A stretch of DNA of 62,630 nt, filler included, from 7 parts of 7 records of this genome joined end to end with filler, not necessarily neighbours in it; one strand, 5' to 3'. Counted from the first letter of the whole stretch, positions 8,191 to 19,040 are shown. The notes: generated from the letters alone by a model not told the origin. A program made the numbers and translations.

Positions 8191-9492
8191 TCAAGGGGTT
8201 TTCTTTTCATTATCCTTTTTACCCGTCAGATCCGGCAGAAATCGGGCGGCAAGACGCGCCGGGTGCACCACGGTTAAGCCTGCGGCGTCATCAAGAGATC
8301 CCCCCAGGTTTATCCGGCATACCGGACAGTCGGTCACCCAGAGCTTGGCCCCTGTGGCTTTGGCATTGTTCACTTTTTTCTTTGCAATGCCCCTGGACAC
8401 TTCCGGATATTCATAGAAAAAGGTACCGCCTCCACCGCAGCAGGAATCCATATCCAACGCCGGTATATATTCAACACCCTTTAGTGCATTCAAAAGGGCC
8501 TGGGCGCTTCCCGGAGCGGGCATATGATTTCTCAAATGACAGGGCTGGTGATAAGTGACATGTATCCCCTCGTGATTTCGGGGAAAACCTTCGGGCCGGG
8601 CATGGGCCATAATAAAAGTGCTGATATCCACCACTTTCTCCGCCACACGATTCGCCGCCTCCTGATCCAGGCCAAATTCTTTTGCAAGCCCGGGATAATC
8701 ATTTTTCAATGCAGCACCGCAGGTGGGACAGTCAACGATGACGGCATCAATACCCTGGGCATCCAGGCAGGCAAGGTTGGTGTTGACATTGTTTTTTACC
8801 TCTTCCCGGCCGCCGTGGAAAAGCATGGGAAGACCGCAGCAGGTCTGGGTTTCGGGGATGACCACCTCAACCCCCATGTAGCGCAGAATATCCAGGACCG
8901 CAAAGCCGGTGTCATCAAAAAGATAGTTGGTGGCACAGCCTGTAAAATAGGCCACCCGGCCATATTTCAGAGCGGGAACACCTTTTGATTTCTGCCCGGG
9001 CATACGTTCCGTCGCTCTCCGGGCCGCTGTCCTGAACGGCACTTTATTCAAAACAGGAAACTGTTTTAACGCGATGTTGCCCAGCCGGTATTTTGAAGCA
9101 AACACCTTAGGAATAATTTTCTGGGCCATTCCGGCCGCACCCGCCGCCATCCGGATTCGGGACTCCTTTGCCAGAAGATAGACCAGGCTTTTGATCTCAG
9201 GTCTATCCCCGTGGTCCCGGATCATCTGTTCGCGCATGCGCACATACCGTTCGGGATGGTTGATGCCCGCAGGGCAGATATTGGCACAGCTGCCGCACAT
9301 CAGGCATTTGGAGATAATATCCTTGAGCTTTTCAGAGGAACCCAGCTTATGGTCTGAAAAAAAATCAATGAGCTGTATCCGGGCTCTTGGGGAGGCATCC
9401 TCGGTGCCCTGGGCCTGATATGTCGGGCACACAGACAGACAGAACCCGCACTTGTTGCAATTTTGTCCGTATGAATCAGCCATATTACACAA
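8191..9492 (-). CDS. glcF: Fe-S oxidoreductase subunit, GlcF-like (2x4Fe-4S plus two CCG domains)
   Basis: CNKCGFCLSVCP, CLMCGSCANICP, YFTGC, TCCG, YHQPCHL, SCCGGGG; overlaps the glcD end. Confidence 0.85.
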   Translation of the reverse strand: MCNMADSYGQNCNKCGFCLSVCPTYQAQGTEDASPRARIQLIDFFSDHKLGSSEKLKDIISKCLMCGSCANICPAGINHPERYVRMREQMIRDHGDRPEIKSLVYLLAKESRIRMAAGAAGMAQKIIPKVFASKYRLGNIALKQFPVLNKVPFRTAARRATERMPGQKSKGVPALKYGRVAYFTGCATNYLFDDTGFAVLDILRYMGVEVVIPETQTCCGLPMLFHGGREEVKNNVNTNLACLDAQGIDAVIVDCPTCGAALKNDYPGLAKEFGLDQEAANRVAEKVVDISTFIMAHARPEGFPRNHEGIHVTYHQPCHLRNHMPAPGSAQALLNALKGVEYIPALDMDSCCGGGGTFFYEYPEVSRGIAKKKVNNAKATGAKLWVTDCPVCRINLGGSLDDAAGLTVVHPARLAARFLPDLTGKKDNEKKTP

Positions 9493-10858
9493 ATTTCCCA
9501 GGATTCAGGATGCCGTCCGGATCCACTGCTTTTTTAATAACACCCATGAACTCAATGGCATCTTCATCCATGACCAAAGGCAAATATTCAGTCTTGGCAA
9601 GACCGATGCCGTGCTCACCGGACAGGGTGCCGTTCAGGGAAGCGGCGGCGGCCATAATCTCGTCGAAAGCGTTTTCCACCCTGGCCCACTCTTCTTTATT
9701 GGATTTATCCGCCGGAATCATGGGGTGCATGTTGCCGTCGCCGGCATGGGCCATCACCCCCACGATGAGCTTGTATTTATCTGCAATATCCACGATCATG
9801 CGGGTCATCTCCGGAATTTTACCGGCGGGCACCACAATATCTTCGGTGTACAGACTGGGTGAAAGCTTGGCAAAGACCCCATAGGCCGAACGTCTTGCCT
9901 GCCAGAGTTTTTCACGCTCATCCTCTGTTTTGGCAACCTCAATGTTCACAGCCCCGTTGGCCCCAAGCTTTTCGGTAATTTTTTTTATCTCTTTTTCACA
10001 CGCCTCTTTCACCCCGTCCACTTCAATCAGCAATGTGCCTTCGGCGTCCACGGGCAGCCCGATATGGGCCTTTTCTTCAATGGTCCGGATGGTGGTTTTG
10101 TCCATCAGCTCCAATGCCGCAGGCAAAATACCGGCACCAATGATATCGGCCACAGCTTTTGCCGTATTGTCCAGATCGTCAAAGGTGACGAGCAGCGTGG
10201 AGACGCTTTCCGGCAGGGGCAGTACCTTGAGAATCACCGAGGTGACCATCCCCAAAGTCCCTTCGGACCCACAGAACAGGCTGGAGAGCCGGTAGCCGGT
10301 GACATCCTTGACGTTGCGGCTGCCGAAGCGCACCACCTTGCCCGACGCCAGCACCACCTCCATGCCCAGGATATAATCAACGGTCACCCCGTATTTAAGA
10401 CACCGGGGACCGCCGGCATTCTGGGCCACATTGCCGCCAATGGTGGACACGGCCATGGAGCCGGGGTCCGGGGGATAAAAGAACCCGAAAGGAGCCAGGG
10501 CCCTTTGAAGATCAGCATTCACCACACCGGGTTCCACAATCACGTACCGGTCTTTGGTGTTAATCTCAAGAATCCGATTCATTTTTGAAAAGCACAGCAC
10601 CACACCACCCCTGGCCGGGATGCTGGCCCCGCACACCGAAGTGCCCGCACCCCGGGCCGTTACAGGGATATTATGGGCAGAACATATTTTTAAAATGCCG
10701 GACACGTCATCCCGGGTAGAGGGAAACAGAACCAGGTCGGGCATGGCCTCTTCAAAATAGGCATCATAACAATAACAGGCCAGTTGCTCGGGGGAATCGA
10801 AACACCTGTCCTTACCCACGATTTCTTTGAGGCTGCCTATGGCATCTGGGTTGATCAT
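9485..10858 (-). CDS. glcD: FAD-linked glycolate/D-lactate dehydrogenase subunit, GlcD-like
   Basis: RGAGTS, YPPDPGS..STIGGNVAQNAGGPRCLKYGVT, GSEGTLG, HAGDGNMHP, SGEHGIGLAK, LNPGK. Confidence 0.92.
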   Translation of the reverse strand: MINPDAIGSLKEIVGKDRCFDSPEQLACYCYDAYFEEAMPDLVLFPSTRDDVSGILKICSAHNIPVTARGAGTSVCGASIPARGGVVLCFSKMNRILEINTKDRYVIVEPGVVNADLQRALAPFGFFYPPDPGSMAVSTIGGNVAQNAGGPRCLKYGVTVDYILGMEVVLASGKVVRFGSRNVKDVTGYRLSSLFCGSEGTLGMVTSVILKVLPLPESVSTLLVTFDDLDNTAKAVADIIGAGILPAALELMDKTTIRTIEEKAHIGLPVDAEGTLLIEVDGVKEACEKEIKKITEKLGANGAVNIEVAKTEDEREKLWQARRSAYGVFAKLSPSLYTEDIVVPAGKIPEMTRMIVDIADKYKLIVGVMAHAGDGNMHPMIPADKSNKEEWARVENAFDEIMAAAASLNGTLSGEHGIGLAKTEYLPLVMDEDAIEFMGVIKKAVDPDGILNPGKFV

Positions 10859-10882
10859 CTTTGCATCATCCTATTTTGAATT

Positions 10883-11497
10883 CTATTGCTCTGTCATGGC
10901 CAGCCTTGCACCAAGGGCGGCAAAAATGGCTGCAAAGGATTTTTGCAGCCATGTGTTAACCCTTGGAGAGTTAACAATATATTTGCGCACATAATTAGCA
11001 AAAAGCCCATATAAAACAAAAACAACAAAGGTCATTGACATAAATGCCGCACTTAGAATCATCATTTGACACATTGGGGATGATGCGGTTGGCGAGACAA
11101 AAAGCGGTAAAAAGGCCAAGAAAAATATTGATAGTTTTGGGTTGAGAATATTGATTAAAAAACCCTTGGAAATTATTTGCCATAAACTTTTTCTTGAGTC
11201 AGTGGAGTTAACTTTTAACGAACCTGTTTCACGCCACATTGACCATGCCAGGTACATCAGATAAATAACACCGGCATATTTTACGAGTTGAAAGGCGATC
11301 GAACTCATGTGAAGAATGGCAGATAAGCCTAAAATGCTTGCTGTTAAGTGAGGGATGATACCAGTAGTGCAGCCAAATGCTGCGGCGACACTTGCACGCC
11401 AACCACAAAAAAGGCCCGTTGAGACCGTATATATAACACCCATACCTGGTATCAAAACGACCACCAGTGAAGTAAGTAAAAACTCCGAGCTAAACAT
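10883..11497 (-). CDS. LysE/RhtB family amino acid exporter
   Basis: LIPGMGV, VKYAGVIYLMYLAW, GFLINILNPKLSIFFLAFLPLF. Confidence 0.93.
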   Translation of the reverse strand: MFSSEFLLTSLVVVLIPGMGVIYTVSTGLFCGWRASVAAAFGCTTGIIPHLTASILGLSAILHMSSIAFQLVKYAGVIYLMYLAWSMWRETGSLKVNSTDSRKSLWQIISKGFLINILNPKLSIFFLAFLPLFVSPTASSPMCQMMILSAAFMSMTFVVFVLYGLFANYVRKYIVNSPRVNTWLQKSFAAIFAALGARLAMTEQ

Positions 11498-11537
11498 TAT
11501 TCAGTACCCTTTCTATTATATTTTCAGTAATTTTTTG

Positions 11538-11589
11538 ACATAACACAAAAGATATGCGGTTTACCCGTCAATATTTGTTGGAGTTATGT
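11538..11589 (-). mobile_element. Short attC-like hairpin upstream of lysE
   Basis: ACATAAC...GTTATGT ends with an imperfect inner stem; 52 nt, shorter than typical attC sites. Confidence 0.3.
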
Positions 11590-11952
11590 ATGCTGTTCCC
11601 TGATTTGTATATTTGTATGACATAGTACCGGGCATCAGGATACATTATGCACAATGATCCAGACGTGCAATTTTAATAGTCGAAGCGATAAAATAAGTCA
11701 AGATGCCCCCTTTACGATAATATTTTGCTTTCCTTCTAGTGCATTCTTTTCTATGGAGTTATTGGAAAAACGGCAGGTCTGTAAGTGCGATCAATAGTAT
11801 TGAATCATTATTTCCCCTGTGTTATTTATACATACATTATTTTGCGATAAAAAAGTTCTAATTACCTGCTGGAATACACTCTCCACGATATACAGGTTGT
11901 TTTTTACCGACAAATTACCTACTTAACCACCTTAAACGCTTGTATTTTTTCA

Positions 11953-13419
11953 ATGAGACGCATTAGATCACACTATAAGTTACCATTCTTGTTAGTCTTG
12001 GTTTTGGTCACAGGATTTGCGCTCATCAGTGTGATCAATTATCAGGTAACCAAAAAATCCGTGCACCGGTCGATTATTCAGCAGGACCTGCCTTTGACCA
12101 TGGACAACATATATTCGGATCTCAGCGCCGAACTGACCCGGCCACTGCTGGTGGCGTCAAGTATGGCAGCAGATACCTTTTTAAAGGACTGGGTGGTAAA
12201 AGGGGAAAAAGATGAATCCAAAATTCGAAGCTACCTATTTGAAATAAAAGAAAAATACGACTTTTTCTCCACTTTTTTTGTCTCAGCCAATACACTTAAA
12301 TATTATCACTTCAATGGTATCAATAAAGTGATAAGTCCCATGGACAGTCATGATGTCTGGTATTACCGGTTTATCAATCTGAAACAAAATTATGATTTTG
12401 AAGTCGATGTAAACCAAGCAAGCCAAAATACTCTGACCATATTTATTAACTACCGGCTGGAAGACGGAAACGGAAATTTGCTTGGTATAACAGGGGTGGG
12501 ACTGAAAGTAGACAGCGTGGCAGCATCCATAAAAGAATACAAAAAGCGATACAGCCGAAATGTATACTTAACCAACCGTAAAGGACTTATCCAGATTCAT
12601 CAGAATAGATCCTTTATCCAGCACAAGACGATTTCCCAGCTGACAGGTCTACGTAAAAAAGCTCTCGACCATTTATTAATATCAGATACGCCCTTTAATT
12701 TTGAATATTATGCCAACGAGGATAAAATATTAGCCAATGCCCGCTATATAGAAAAACTGGACTGGATACTATTTGTAGAACAGAATGAAGCCGCATCACT
12801 GGCAGAGGCAAGATTGAATTTATGGCGGACAATGATTATAGGCGGCATTGTGTCAGCCATTGTCATCGCCATTGTCCTTCTTATTATAAACCATTACCAC
12901 AGAGCCTTGGAAAAACTTGCCGTCTCAGATGCACTGACCGGGTGTGCAAACAGAAGAAAGCTTGAAGAGGAATTTATACGATTTGCCTATAGAAATGAAC
13001 GGTCCAATCTTCCTCTCTCCTTTGTTATGGTGGATCTGGATAATTTTAAACAAGTCAACGATACCCTGGGCCACCTTCAGGGAGATAAGGTATTGCAGAC
13101 AATTGCCCAATTAATCGCAGAAATAATCAGACCCACCGATATACTGGTTCGCTGGGGGGGAGATGAATTTGCTATTCTCACAGAGTGCGATGAAAATGAG
13201 GTAAGGGCTATTGCAGAAAGAATCCGAAAAATATTCTCTGAAATTCATTGGCCGAAGATAAAACATAACGGCAAAGACCCCAGAAAAAATGTCACAGCAT
13301 CCATCGGCATTGCAATTTTCCGCCCTGGCGATGACCTGACCAGTCTGCAGGAACGAGCGGATCAGGCGCTTTATCAGGGGAAACAGCAAGGACGAAACCA
13401 GGTAAACATTGCCTTTTGA
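11953..13419 (+). CDS. Membrane Cache-sensor diguanylate cyclase
   Basis: Two TM segments around a periplasmic domain; DALTGCANRR, DLDNFKQVNDTLGHLQGD, RWGGDEF. Confidence 0.93.
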   Translation: MRRIRSHYKLPFLLVLVLVTGFALISVINYQVTKKSVHRSIIQQDLPLTMDNIYSDLSAELTRPLLVASSMAADTFLKDWVVKGEKDESKIRSYLFEIKEKYDFFSTFFVSANTLKYYHFNGINKVISPMDSHDVWYYRFINLKQNYDFEVDVNQASQNTLTIFINYRLEDGNGNLLGITGVGLKVDSVAASIKEYKKRYSRNVYLTNRKGLIQIHQNRSFIQHKTISQLTGLRKKALDHLLISDTPFNFEYYANEDKILANARYIEKLDWILFVEQNEAASLAEARLNLWRTMIIGGIVSAIVIAIVLLIINHYHRALEKLAVSDALTGCANRRKLEEEFIRFAYRNERSNLPLSFVMVDLDNFKQVNDTLGHLQGDKVLQTIAQLIAEIIRPTDILVRWGGDEFAILTECDENEVRAIAERIRKIFSEIHWPKIKHNGKDPRKNVTASIGIAIFRPGDDLTSLQERADQALYQGKQQGRNQVNIAF

Positions 13420-13452
13420 CCCCCAACCCGGAATGGGATAGGATGGGCTGCC

Positions 13453-13622
13453 ATGGAAGAAAAAATCAAAATCATAGAACAGGGACAAGGCTGGATCTGC
13501 GCGGAAAAGCCCGGGGGCATCAGTGTCCATAACGATCCGGGCAGGGATATGATATCCGGACTCCAAAAAGAACTGGGCCCCGGGAGTACGGAAATACTCC
13601 AGCCCGTGCACCGCCTGGATAA
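13453..13622 (+). CDS. RluA-family pseudouridine synthase, 5' fragment
   Basis: EKPGGISVH and PVHRLD catalytic motif; cut at the contig end. Confidence 0.85.
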
Positions 13623-13722
13623 NNNNNNNNNNNNNNNNNNNNNNNNNNNNNNNNNNNNNNNNNNNNTTAATTAATTAANNNNNNNNNNNNNNNNNNNNNN
13701 NNNNNNNNNNNNNNNNNNNNNN
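13623..13722. other. Artificial contig spacer
   Basis: N/TTAATTAATTAA/N. Confidence 0.99.
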
Positions 13723-13723
13723 C

Positions 13724-14629
13724 GTGGTTTTTGCACTCCCCCTTGACCAGGAAAAGATTGAGCGATTCCTGAAAAAGCAGGACTTTTCCGCGCACTGCCT
13801 GGATAACGTTCGCACCAACACCCTTGCCAGCGGCATCGCCCTGGAACTGGCACGGTTTCTGGAAATGAAGGGGTATGCTGCCGTTCCGGTGGAATCCAAC
13901 TTCGTCTACCGGAAAGACACACCGAGGGGATTGCTTGACGAAAAACCGCCCATCTCCCATCGTTACCTGGCCGTTCGCGCCGGTATCGCTTACTTCGGGC
14001 TGTCCGGCAACGTTATCCGAAAAAAAGAAGGCGCCGCCATCATTCTGGGATCCGTGGTTACGGACGTCCAATTGACGCCCACCGACCCGCTCCCTCCCGA
14101 AGGGAACTACTGCGACACTTGCGGGTTGTGTCAGGCCGCCTGCGCCTCGGGCCTCATGCACCCGAACGAAAAGGCCACCGTCACCCTGGGGGGGGTGGCT
14201 TTTTCCTATGCCAGGCGGCAGAGCTACAACCGCTGTGACTACGTCTGCGGCGGGTTTACCGGGCTGTCCAGGTCGGGCAAGTGGTCCACCTGGTCGCCGG
14301 GCCGGTTTTCCATTCCGGAAAAAGACGCAGAATTTCTGAATGCCATACGCAGCACCGTCAAGGCATACGCCTTTCGGCCCAGAGCCGGCATCGGCTTTTA
14401 TAACGCTCTCCTGCCGGGCAACAAGGGGCAACTCACCTGCGGTCATTGCCAGCTCATCTGCCACCCGGACAAGGGCATTCGGAAAGAGCGTTTCAAAATG
14501 CTGACGGGCGCGGGCGTGGTCATCCAGTTGGAAGACGGATCGTTGAAGGCTGTTGCGCCCGAAGAAGCCCGGGAATACTTGGCTGCCATGAGCCCGGAAG
14601 TACGGACGTTGTATGAACGCATAACCTGA
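13724..14629 (+). CDS. Epoxyqueuosine reductase / reductive dehalogenase-like cobalamin 4Fe-4S protein, 5'-truncated
   Basis: SHRYLAVRAGIAYFGLSGNVI..GAAIILGSVVTD, CDTCGLCQAAC, CGHCQLIC. Confidence 0.75.
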   Translation: MVFALPLDQEKIERFLKKQDFSAHCLDNVRTNTLASGIALELARFLEMKGYAAVPVESNFVYRKDTPRGLLDEKPPISHRYLAVRAGIAYFGLSGNVIRKKEGAAIILGSVVTDVQLTPTDPLPPEGNYCDTCGLCQAACASGLMHPNEKATVTLGGVAFSYARRQSYNRCDYVCGGFTGLSRSGKWSTWSPGRFSIPEKDAEFLNAIRSTVKAYAFRPRAGIGFYNALLPGNKGQLTCGHCQLICHPDKGIRKERFKMLTGAGVVIQLEDGSLKAVAPEEAREYLAAMSPEVRTLYERIT

Positions 14630-14690
14630 TTGAGGTTTGCTTCAAAGGTTCCGGCAGCAAGCGGATTCATAAGTACGGAGGAGAAAGAAG

Positions 14691-15740
14691 ATGACACCTA
14701 AAGAACGCGTCATGAATATGTTTGAGCGAAAACCCATTGACACCATGCCGGTTTTCAGTGGATTGTCCATGCTGGCCAAACCGGCCCTGGACCAGGCCGG
14801 ATACGCCTTTTCGAGTATTCATGCGGATCATGAACGCATGGCATGGGCTGCCATTCGATCTTCAAAGATGATGGATGTTGATGGCATCGTGGTACCCTTC
14901 GACATCACCATGCAGTCGGAGGCGCTCGGAAACAAGGTCAATTTCTATGAAAATTCTTCGGACCCGGTTTTCCCGACAATCCCTGAAAAAATCTGGGAAA
15001 CCCTGGATGATGTGGAGATCCCGGACAATGTTCTTGATCTGGGGAGACATCATCTCATTCCAAAAGCGATGGAAATCATCAAACGGGAAGCGCCGGAATA
15101 CCCCATCGGCGTATGGCTCCGGGGTCCCTTGACGCAGTTGGGTCAGATTTTAGAACTGGAAACGGTTCTGAAAGCGCTCTTTAAGGAGAAAGACAAGATC
15201 GGTGCCATCCTGGACAAAGTGAGCCACATGGCCATTCAAATCGGCCGGGCCTGGCAGCGGGCGGGTGCGGATTACATTACGTTAAGCGAGCCCGGTGCCA
15301 ATGCGGAAGTCCTCCCCCCGAGGATGTTCAAAAAACTGATCCAGCCAAAGCTAACGCGAATCCTTCAGGCATGGGATTCTCCCAAAGTCCTGCATATTTC
15401 CGGTGCAAGCGATCCGCTGGTGGAAATGATGGGCCAGTGCAAAGCAGATGCCATCGGTGTGGACATCAAAAATTCGCTCTCTGAAACACGCGAAAAACTG
15501 GGCACTGATATGCTTCTGTTCGGAAATTTTGATGTTTACCATCTTCCCTGCAACCCGGAGACCCATGTCGATCAGGTTGTGGAAACCATCAAGGAGAACA
15601 TCGACGGGGGGGTCGACGCGGTCTGGCCCGGATCGGATTTGTGGCCGGATATCAAACCGGAAAACATTCGGGCCATCGTTGACACCGTACACGACTACGG
15701 TAGGAAACCAAGCCCTGCCGTGGGAAGAATTGATCCATAA
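14691..15740 (+). CDS. MtaA/CmuA-like methylcobamide methyltransferase (URO-D superfamily)
   Basis: MTPKERV, VPFDITMQSEALG, GPLT, AGADYI..EP, LHISG, LFGN, WPGSD. Confidence 0.82.
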   Translation: MTPKERVMNMFERKPIDTMPVFSGLSMLAKPALDQAGYAFSSIHADHERMAWAAIRSSKMMDVDGIVVPFDITMQSEALGNKVNFYENSSDPVFPTIPEKIWETLDDVEIPDNVLDLGRHHLIPKAMEIIKREAPEYPIGVWLRGPLTQLGQILELETVLKALFKEKDKIGAILDKVSHMAIQIGRAWQRAGADYITLSEPGANAEVLPPRMFKKLIQPKLTRILQAWDSPKVLHISGASDPLVEMMGQCKADAIGVDIKNSLSETREKLGTDMLLFGNFDVYHLPCNPETHVDQVVETIKENIDGGVDAVWPGSDLWPDIKPENIRAIVDTVHDYGRKPSPAVGRIDP

Positions 15741-15774
15741 GTTCTGTTCCATGGGGGCTGCTTTTTCCTCCCTT

Positions 15775-16764
15775 TCAGGAGATCCAGATCAGGGGAAGGG
15801 CGGCAAACCCCATTGCGACCCAGGCGGCACCGCAGAGAAGCCACATGGTTTTCACGATATCCGAGGGATTCCCATCCCCAAAGCCTCCTCCCAGCCACGG
15901 TTTTTCCTTACGGACATCCCCGTAGGTTGTGGGTCCGGCCAGGCGAATCCCCAGTGCTCCCGCCACAAAGCTTTCCCCATGGGCCGAGTTGGGGGACTCA
16001 TGTTTCAACCGGTCTCGAATGCCCGTTTTGATTCCTCGAACGCCGTCGCACCCGCATAAAATGCTCCCCAGAAACAGGAAAATAAAGGAGAGCCGCGCCG
16101 GAACAAAATTCATAACATCATCCAGTTTCGCACCGGCCCACCCCAATGCCTCATATTTCTCATTTTTGTAGCCCACCATGGAATCCATGGTGCTGGCAAC
16201 CTTGAACACCAGCATGGCCACAAGGGCAAAAATAACCGGGTCGAAACCCACAAGCCGACCCAACAGACCCCCTGCCAGATACCAGAAAAGGGGGGAAACA
16301 AACCCGTCCACAAAATTCTCGGCCAGGGTTTCAACCGCGGCCCGGCAAACCCCTTTTTCATCCAAAACCGTCACATCACGACCCACAACCCTTGAAACCC
16401 TCTGCCGGGCTGCTTGGAGATCCCCCGATTCCAGGGCATCCACCACCGGGTTCAGATGCACCGTCAAGTCCCGAAGTGCCAAGCAAGAGAAACACACATA
16501 AACCTCGAAAAGAAACGCCAGGGGTCCATAGATTTGGTTTAGTATCCGGGATAACAGCAAAAAAACAATGAGCGTTACGCCCATGAGCCCCAGTGCCAGG
16601 ATGATTCCGCCCGTCCGGCTCGCCATCCCCAGCTTTCTCAACCATTTCTCCCCGAGGGAGATACCGTGCCCCATCAACCGGATGGGATGGAAACGGTATT
16701 CCGGGTCCCCCAGAAAAACATCCAGCAGAAATCCCAACCACAACACCATAATGCATTCAAACAT
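15775..16764 (-). CDS. cbiB: Adenosylcobinamide-phosphate synthase CbiB
   Basis: LGDPEYRFHPIRLMG, VGRD, RAAVETLAENFVDGFVSPLF, STMDSMVGYKN, AKLDDVMNFVPARL, HESPNS. Confidence 0.95.
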   Translation of the reverse strand: MFECIMVLWLGFLLDVFLGDPEYRFHPIRLMGHGISLGEKWLRKLGMASRTGGIILALGLMGVTLIVFLLLSRILNQIYGPLAFLFEVYVCFSCLALRDLTVHLNPVVDALESGDLQAARQRVSRVVGRDVTVLDEKGVCRAAVETLAENFVDGFVSPLFWYLAGGLLGRLVGFDPVIFALVAMLVFKVASTMDSMVGYKNEKYEALGWAGAKLDDVMNFVPARLSFIFLFLGSILCGCDGVRGIKTGIRDRLKHESPNSAHGESFVAGALGIRLAGPTTYGDVRKEKPWLGGGFGDGNPSDIVKTMWLLCGAAWVAMGFAALPLIWIS

Positions 16765-16776
16765 GAATATTTCCTT

Positions 16777-17547
16777 TTATCGCAGCCAGAACCAACCGGT
16801 TACGGACATAATTTGATTTCCCCAGGCGGCGCAGAACAACAACAAAGCCAGGCTCACCAGTTCATTGGCGGTCCCCAGAAGGTCCCCGGTAATACCCCCG
16901 AACTGTTTCCGGCACCTTTTACCGTAAATGATGGTAAAACCCCATGCCAGAAAGAAAAGGCCCACGCCCAAGGGTCCGAAGAGCAGGCAGACCATCAGAC
17001 AGAGACAATGGGAAAAAAACCGGTGTTCCCTGGAAGCACCGGCCACAAAAGGACCCGCCATCCCTTCCCCGGCACGGGCATAGGGAAGGGCGGTGGTAAG
17101 GGCCACCAGCACGTCCCTGGATATAACGCTGACCGCCAGTATCCATATGAGGGAACCCGTTTTCATGAGTTGTGAAAATATGGCCACCCGAAGGACCAGG
17201 TCCAGTATCAGAGCCAGAGATCCGAAAGCGCCCACGGATACGTCTTTCATGATGGCCAGTCGCCTTTGACGGCCAAACCCGCCGATGGAGTCGGCCCAGT
17301 CGGCCAGTCCATCCATATGAAGACCGCGGGTCAAAATTATTTCCAGGGCAACCATCAACACGGCACCCCCCAACGGCCATGGGGAAGGCAACATCCACTG
17401 CCAGAGGGAACCGAATAAAAACAGGATAAGCCCCATCCCCAACCCTGTCGGAACAAACCAATAAAGGCTGTCCGATAGGTTTTCATTTTCACCGCCCCTG
17501 CACGGCAGAATGGTCAGGGTTCGGATAGCTGATCTGAGTCCTTTCAT
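16777..17547 (-). CDS. cobS: Adenosylcobinamide-GDP ribazoletransferase (cobalamin synthase)
   Basis: LTRGLHMDGLADWAD, IMKDVSVGAFG, FGGITGDLLG. Start set to ATG 17547. Confidence 0.95.
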   Translation of the reverse strand: MKGLRSAIRTLTILPCRGGENENLSDSLYWFVPTGLGMGLILFLFGSLWQWMLPSPWPLGGAVLMVALEIILTRGLHMDGLADWADSIGGFGRQRRLAIMKDVSVGAFGSLALILDLVLRVAIFSQLMKTGSLIWILAVSVISRDVLVALTTALPYARAGEGMAGPFVAGASREHRFFSHCLCLMVCLLFGPLGVGLFFLAWGFTIIYGKRCRKQFGGITGDLLGTANELVSLALLLFCAAWGNQIMSVTGWFWLR

Positions 17548-17798
17548 GAAACGGTCCTCGCCTTTAAGAAATAAAAATGCTCCATTCATATGACAGATGC
17601 ACCCTGGAATCAACCCCGATTCTGCTTTACAGGTGAAATCCTTTCCATTTGTGAAATTCAGGTGTTCGCCTGACCGCAAAAAGTGTACCGTAAAGCGACT
17701 TGACCTTTCACTATCAGAAAGGTATCAAATCCCAGGACCCGGTGAATGACGGGATGCAAAACGGGGTGTTTTTCAAAGACCTCTAAATGGGAAGAAGC

Positions 17799-19040
17799 AT
17801 GGACAATCACAAACCAGTGATCAGGAACCTGACGGAAGGGTTTTCCGAGGGTGAAAGATCCGTGTCAAAAAGCCGTGAGAAGGGTGCCATCAACTGGGAT
17901 CAGCTCATTCTGGGCATGAAAAGGACCACCAAGGAATTTATCGAAAATGTCCTGGAAAACATCATCGAGTCCATCGTGATCACGAATCTGGACGGATACC
18001 TGGTCTTTTTTAACAAATATTCGGAGGAGATCTTTGAATTTGAGGCCCGGGAAGTGCTCAATCGACACATCGTTATACTGGGCGTGAAAACCCCCGACGT
18101 TCTATACCACATTCGAAGGGATGAAACCTTTAACGGTGAAATCACGCTTAAAACCAAGTCCGGCAGATACTTTCCCGCCCATGTGAGGTGCGTTCCCCTG
18201 AGGGATGAGCGGGACAGGCCCATCGCCATGGTCGGGGTGGCAAGGGACTTGACCAAAGAAAAGGAAAAACAGCGGATTGACGACGAAATGAAGCGCCTGA
18301 AAGCGGAACTGTTTCAGTCTGAAAAGATGTCTCTCATCGGCACCCTGGCCGGTGAAGTGGCCCATGAAATCAATAATCCCCTCGGCGGCCTCATCATTTC
18401 GGTTCAAATGCTTCTGGAGGATATTGAAAAAGGGGAACTGGATCTCAAAATGGCCCTCGAAGAACTTCGGGGAATTGAAAATGACGCCCGACGCTGCAGA
18501 GAAATAACCCGAAAACTCCTTGATTTTTCTCGTCGTATGCCGGAAGGGCGAAATAATCTGGATCTTACACGGGTCATTGAAGACGCCCTGATCCTTGTTC
18601 AACGTCAGGCCGAAATCGAAAACATTTCCTTTTACAAAAAATACGCCCAAGACCTGCCGCCGGTCTGGGGAAATTCAAACAGTCTGCAACAGGTGATCAT
18701 CAATCTGGTCAAAAACGGTTGCGACGCCATGACGCAAGGTGGCCGGATTACCATTTCCACCCGAATTTCACATGTGGGAGAAAAAGAACCGATGATACGC
18801 ATTTCCATTGCGGATACCGGACCCGGAATTCCCCATGACCTTGTGGAGAAACTTTTTGACCCTTTTTTCACCACCAAGGAGGGGGGCAAGGGAACGGGCC
18901 TGGGTTTGGCCGTCAGCAAACGGATTGTGGAGGAGCAAGGAGGACGGCTCATGTGTGAAAACCTGGAAACGGAGGCCGGCGCCGTTTTTCACATTCTGCT
19001 TCCCGCTTCAAAGGCCCATAAGGCGGGTGGACGTCCATGA
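17799..19040 (+). CDS. PAS-domain sensor histidine kinase (NtrB-like)
   Basis: PAS domain, [10 protein letters not shown]-box, [32 protein letters not shown]. Confidence 0.95.
   Translation: MDNHKPVIRNLTEGFSEGERSVSKSREKGAINWDQLILGMKRTTKEFIENVLENIIESIVITNLDGYLVFFNKYSEEIFEFEAREVLNRHIVILGVKTPDVLYHIRRDETFNGEITLKTKSGRYFPAHVRCVPLRDERDRPIAMVGVARDLTKEKEKQRIDDEMKRLKAELFQSEKMSLIGTLAGEVAHEINNPLGGLIISVQMLLEDIEKGELDLKMALEELRGIENDARRCREITRKLLDFSRRMPEGRNNLDLTRVIEDALILVQRQAEIENISFYKKYAQDLPPVWGNSNSLQQVIINLVKNGCDAMTQGGRITISTRISHVGEKEPMIRISIADTGPGIPHDLVEKLFDPFFTTKEGGKGTGLGLAVSKRIVEEQGGRLMCENLETEAGAVFHILLPASKAHKAGGRP

Noticed and set aside
13724-14629. Calling the gene a respiratory reductive dehalogenase (rdhA)
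   Set aside because: The N-terminus is missing, so no Tat signal can be assessed; no rdhB anchor is in view; motifs fit the broader QueG-like family equally well.
17548-17786. Cobalamin riboswitch upstream of cobS
   Set aside because: I could not find the conserved GCCACTG/GGGAAG or B12-box motifs.
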